64,000 bases of DNA, taken from positions 672,001 to 736,000 of the forward strand of contig CAXXWC010000019.1 in assembly GCA_963668645.2 (NCBI GenBank). Direction: 5' to 3'. Of the stretch, positions 62,701 to 64,000 are shown piece after piece. The notes under the pieces were generated by a model. That model was not told the origin of the DNA. It did not search any database and saw nothing but the letters and a program-made list of their open reading frames with translations. Both the position numbers and the translations under genes were made by a program. The stretch's first letter is position 1, and every line of letters begins with the position of its first letter. This DNA is from Desulfobacterales bacterium (GTDB lineage: Bacteria; Desulfobacterota; Desulfobacteria; Desulfobacterales; UBA2174).

Positions 62701-64000
62701 GCTTCGACTTCCCGCAACACGCCGATAAACCGGCCCTTCCCGGATTTTGAAAAGAAATTGAGCCCTTGGGTGGTTTCGGATCTCTGGCTTTGCGGCGTGA
62801 TAAATTCATGGATATCGCGGCCCATGATTTCGGCAGCGGAAAATCCGAATATCCGCCCGGCCGCCTGATTCCAGAATACCACCTGCCCGGATGCATCGAT
62901 CATCACGATGGCATCCTGTACTGCACCGGTAATGACGTTGAACTTCTTTTCATTTTCAACCAGCCGGCAGATCGCCTTGGCACGCCGCAAATGCAACCGG
63001 CTCATATATAAAGAAAAGAGGCCGATCACGGCGACAACCAGTCCCAGGCCAGCCATGGCCACAGGCCACCATGACGGCTTGAGCTGGCTCTTGGGCACGA
63101 AGCCCACGGTCTTCCATGTTTCGTCGGCCTCAAGGTCTGAAAAGGCAAAGCCGAATTTCCGGCTGACGGTCCTCAGATCAACGGTATCATAGGTGAACAG
63201 GCCTGCTTTGGATCTTAATTGGCCCTTGCCTTGAGAGGCGATCTGCTGCCATTCGTGCGGGTACATCGAGGCCAGGGTGTCGCCGGCCCGTTCTTGGAAC
63301 ATGAACTGCCATTCCATCTCCGGGGAGGGCCCTTTGAGCCAGTCTCCCCGATCGTTGACAAGGTAGATTTTACCCAGGGAATGGCTCTCGGCCTGGATCA
63401 GTTGCCCGATGAATCCGGCGCCCAGGACGTTTAAAACAATAAGACCCTCCGGTTGCTGTCCGTTCCAGGATGGAACCCGATGCGCGATGCGGATCATGGG
63501 TTTGAACGGCCGCTCTATTGCACTGTGTTCAATGTTCAGGTCAAAGCGCGATACGTATAACAGGTGATCTTCTGACATCCCTTTTTTAAAATAATATCGG
63601 TCGCCTTTAAACTGCAGTGCGGATGCGGGTACGACGATACCGCCTTCTTTCTCGTTCCAGTTGACACGAATCCGCTCCATTCCCGTATGATCGATATAAC
63701 GGACTTGATCACAGGTTTTTTTATTCTGCATATAGGCCAGAATAGACCCGACCAGCATGCGGGACATGCGATCTGGATCGGGATTTTTGGAAATTTCCGC
63801 CCGGAGCATATCCACCAGCATAAGGGTGTCCGACAGCTGACCGACCATCGCCGTTTCGAACAACTGCTTTGCCAGCGCGATGTTTTTCGATTCTTTGAGC
63901 TCGATTCTGGTGGAATGAAGGTATTCCTGTTGCAGGACGATGCCCCCCCAGAAAAGCAAGAAAAGCATCGCCGCCGGCAAGAACATGATCAAAAAAACCT
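59721..64000 (-). CDS. Hybrid sensor kinase (Cache-like, 3 PAS, HisKA, HATPase, REC, Hpt); 5' end probably outside the window
   Basis: [32 protein letters not shown]...DLHMPAMNG and [13 protein letters not shown] motifs. Confidence 0.94.
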   Translation of the reverse strand, partial: VFLIMFLPAAMLFLLFWGGIVLQQEYLHSTRIELKESKNIALAKQLFETAMVGQLSDTLMLVDMLRAEISKNPDPDRMSRMLVGSILAYMQNKKTCDQVRYIDHTGMERIRVNWNEKEGGIVVPASALQFKGDRYYFKKGMSEDHLLYVSRFDLNIEHSAIERPFKPMIRIAHRVPSWNGQQPEGLIVLNVLGAGFIGQLIQAESHSLGKIYLVNDRGDWLKGPSPEMEWQFMFQERAGDTLASMYPHEWQQIASQGKGQLRSKAGLFTYDTVDLRTVSRKFGFAFSDLEADETWKTVGFVPKSQLKPSWWPVAMAGLGLVVAVIGLFSLYMSRLHLRRAKAICRLVENEKKFNVITGAVQDAIVMIDASGQVVFWNQAAGRIFGFSAAEIMGRDIHEFITPQSQRSETTQGLNFFSKSGKGRFIGVLREVEALRKDGVRFPAELNLNAVHMEGQWWGVAVVRDITDRKKAEEKLRRSEMRLREAQSITHVGNWEWVLKENSLYWSDEVYRIFGLQPQAFQPSYEAFLSFVHPEDRSMVDQAVNSALKGRDFYDVEHRICLGDGSERIVRERGQVYQDRGGHPIRMIGTVQDVSELKRAEAALRKSHEVLENRVVERTRELKKANEILKGKIDELERTEFELKKLSLAIEQSPSTVMITDLDGTIEYANPSFTRITGYTIQEALGKNPRLIKSDIHPTEFYKDLWRTISSGNVWHGEICNRKKDGSLYWELASISPVRNIQGEVTHYVAVKEDITERKKKEYELQEAKEQADIANRAKSTFLASMSHEIRTPMNGVLGLVEVLAHSELSPGQLDLLTTIRTSAGHLLHLIDDVLDFSKIEADQIKLEHGVVRIADLVENITRTLAGLTLQQHVVLRLFVSPRLPEHIFGDESRLRQVVYNLVGNAIKFSAGRPEKRGQVEVRAEMQPADPPLLRLTVTDNGIGIPPAMMEKLFKPFTQADSTITRRFGGTGLGLAICKRLVDLMGGQIAVGSTPGEGTKFTVLLPLEAVAEQPDKTLAQKLAGIRCILLPGQSYVADDLQEYLEHAGAKVLRPAAGEIEALIAGADKETVLVRDAGDRQKVPSDSSLRQVLITHGRRANPRLIGAGTVNIDTDVLRYANLVRAVGLAAGRVFEEARPAKEARLTAAPVNTEKERTAGRLILVAEDDIVNQKVILQQLNLLGYAAEVANDGAEALRLWQEGRFGLLLADLHMPAMNGYELARAIRAEEARAATVGKKPSRLPILALTADATRNGKEDASAVGMDAFLTKPILLEKLREALEPWLLPSRPGGGARPPEQDDRTAATGQPRPAVDPSVIRSLIGDDPQLLRQFLKDYLENAGESAGQIEAAAAIGDIAHVGAIAHRLKSSSRSIGALALGSLCADLENASKRGDGALVAVHIEEFKHLYTELVAELVHLVGEADNESE

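Overview
GC-rich bacterial chromosomal window. Gene content suggests an anaerobic deltaproteobacterium (Desulfobacterales-like; inference). From left to right: (1) eda-kdgK plus two FAD oxidoreductases, behind a KdgR-like operator. (2) An intact ISNCY/ISDol1-like IS with a 7-bp TSD. (3) A Cache/PAS kinase, NarL-type regulator, acyl-CoA ligase and permease. (4) An ~18.5-kb polymorphic-toxin locus (14.7-33.2 kb, minus strand). It holds a ~3,490-aa signal-peptide-bearing Rhs protein with adhesin-like repeats and FG-GAP propellers, low-GC toxin-tip/immunity pairs, an orphan Rhs tip and an IS1634. It also carries two paralogous secreted proteins with a constant N-half and variable C-half, and a PilP/GspC-like gene; vapBC lies alongside. 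(5) An MBL hydrolase, an orphan LivK and an MFS transporter. (6) Two parallel carboxyltransferase / biotin carrier / CoA-transferase / TAXI-TRAP operons with three GntR regulators sharing a TGTCGGCA-type motif; no biotin carboxylase or Na+-pump subunit lies in the window. (7) A TPR-methyltransferase and a hybrid kinase / REC-EAL pair. The best novelty candidates are the Rhs locus with its accessory genes and cassette architecture, and the twin biotin-dependent modules. All product calls come from motifs read by eye; no database searches were run.
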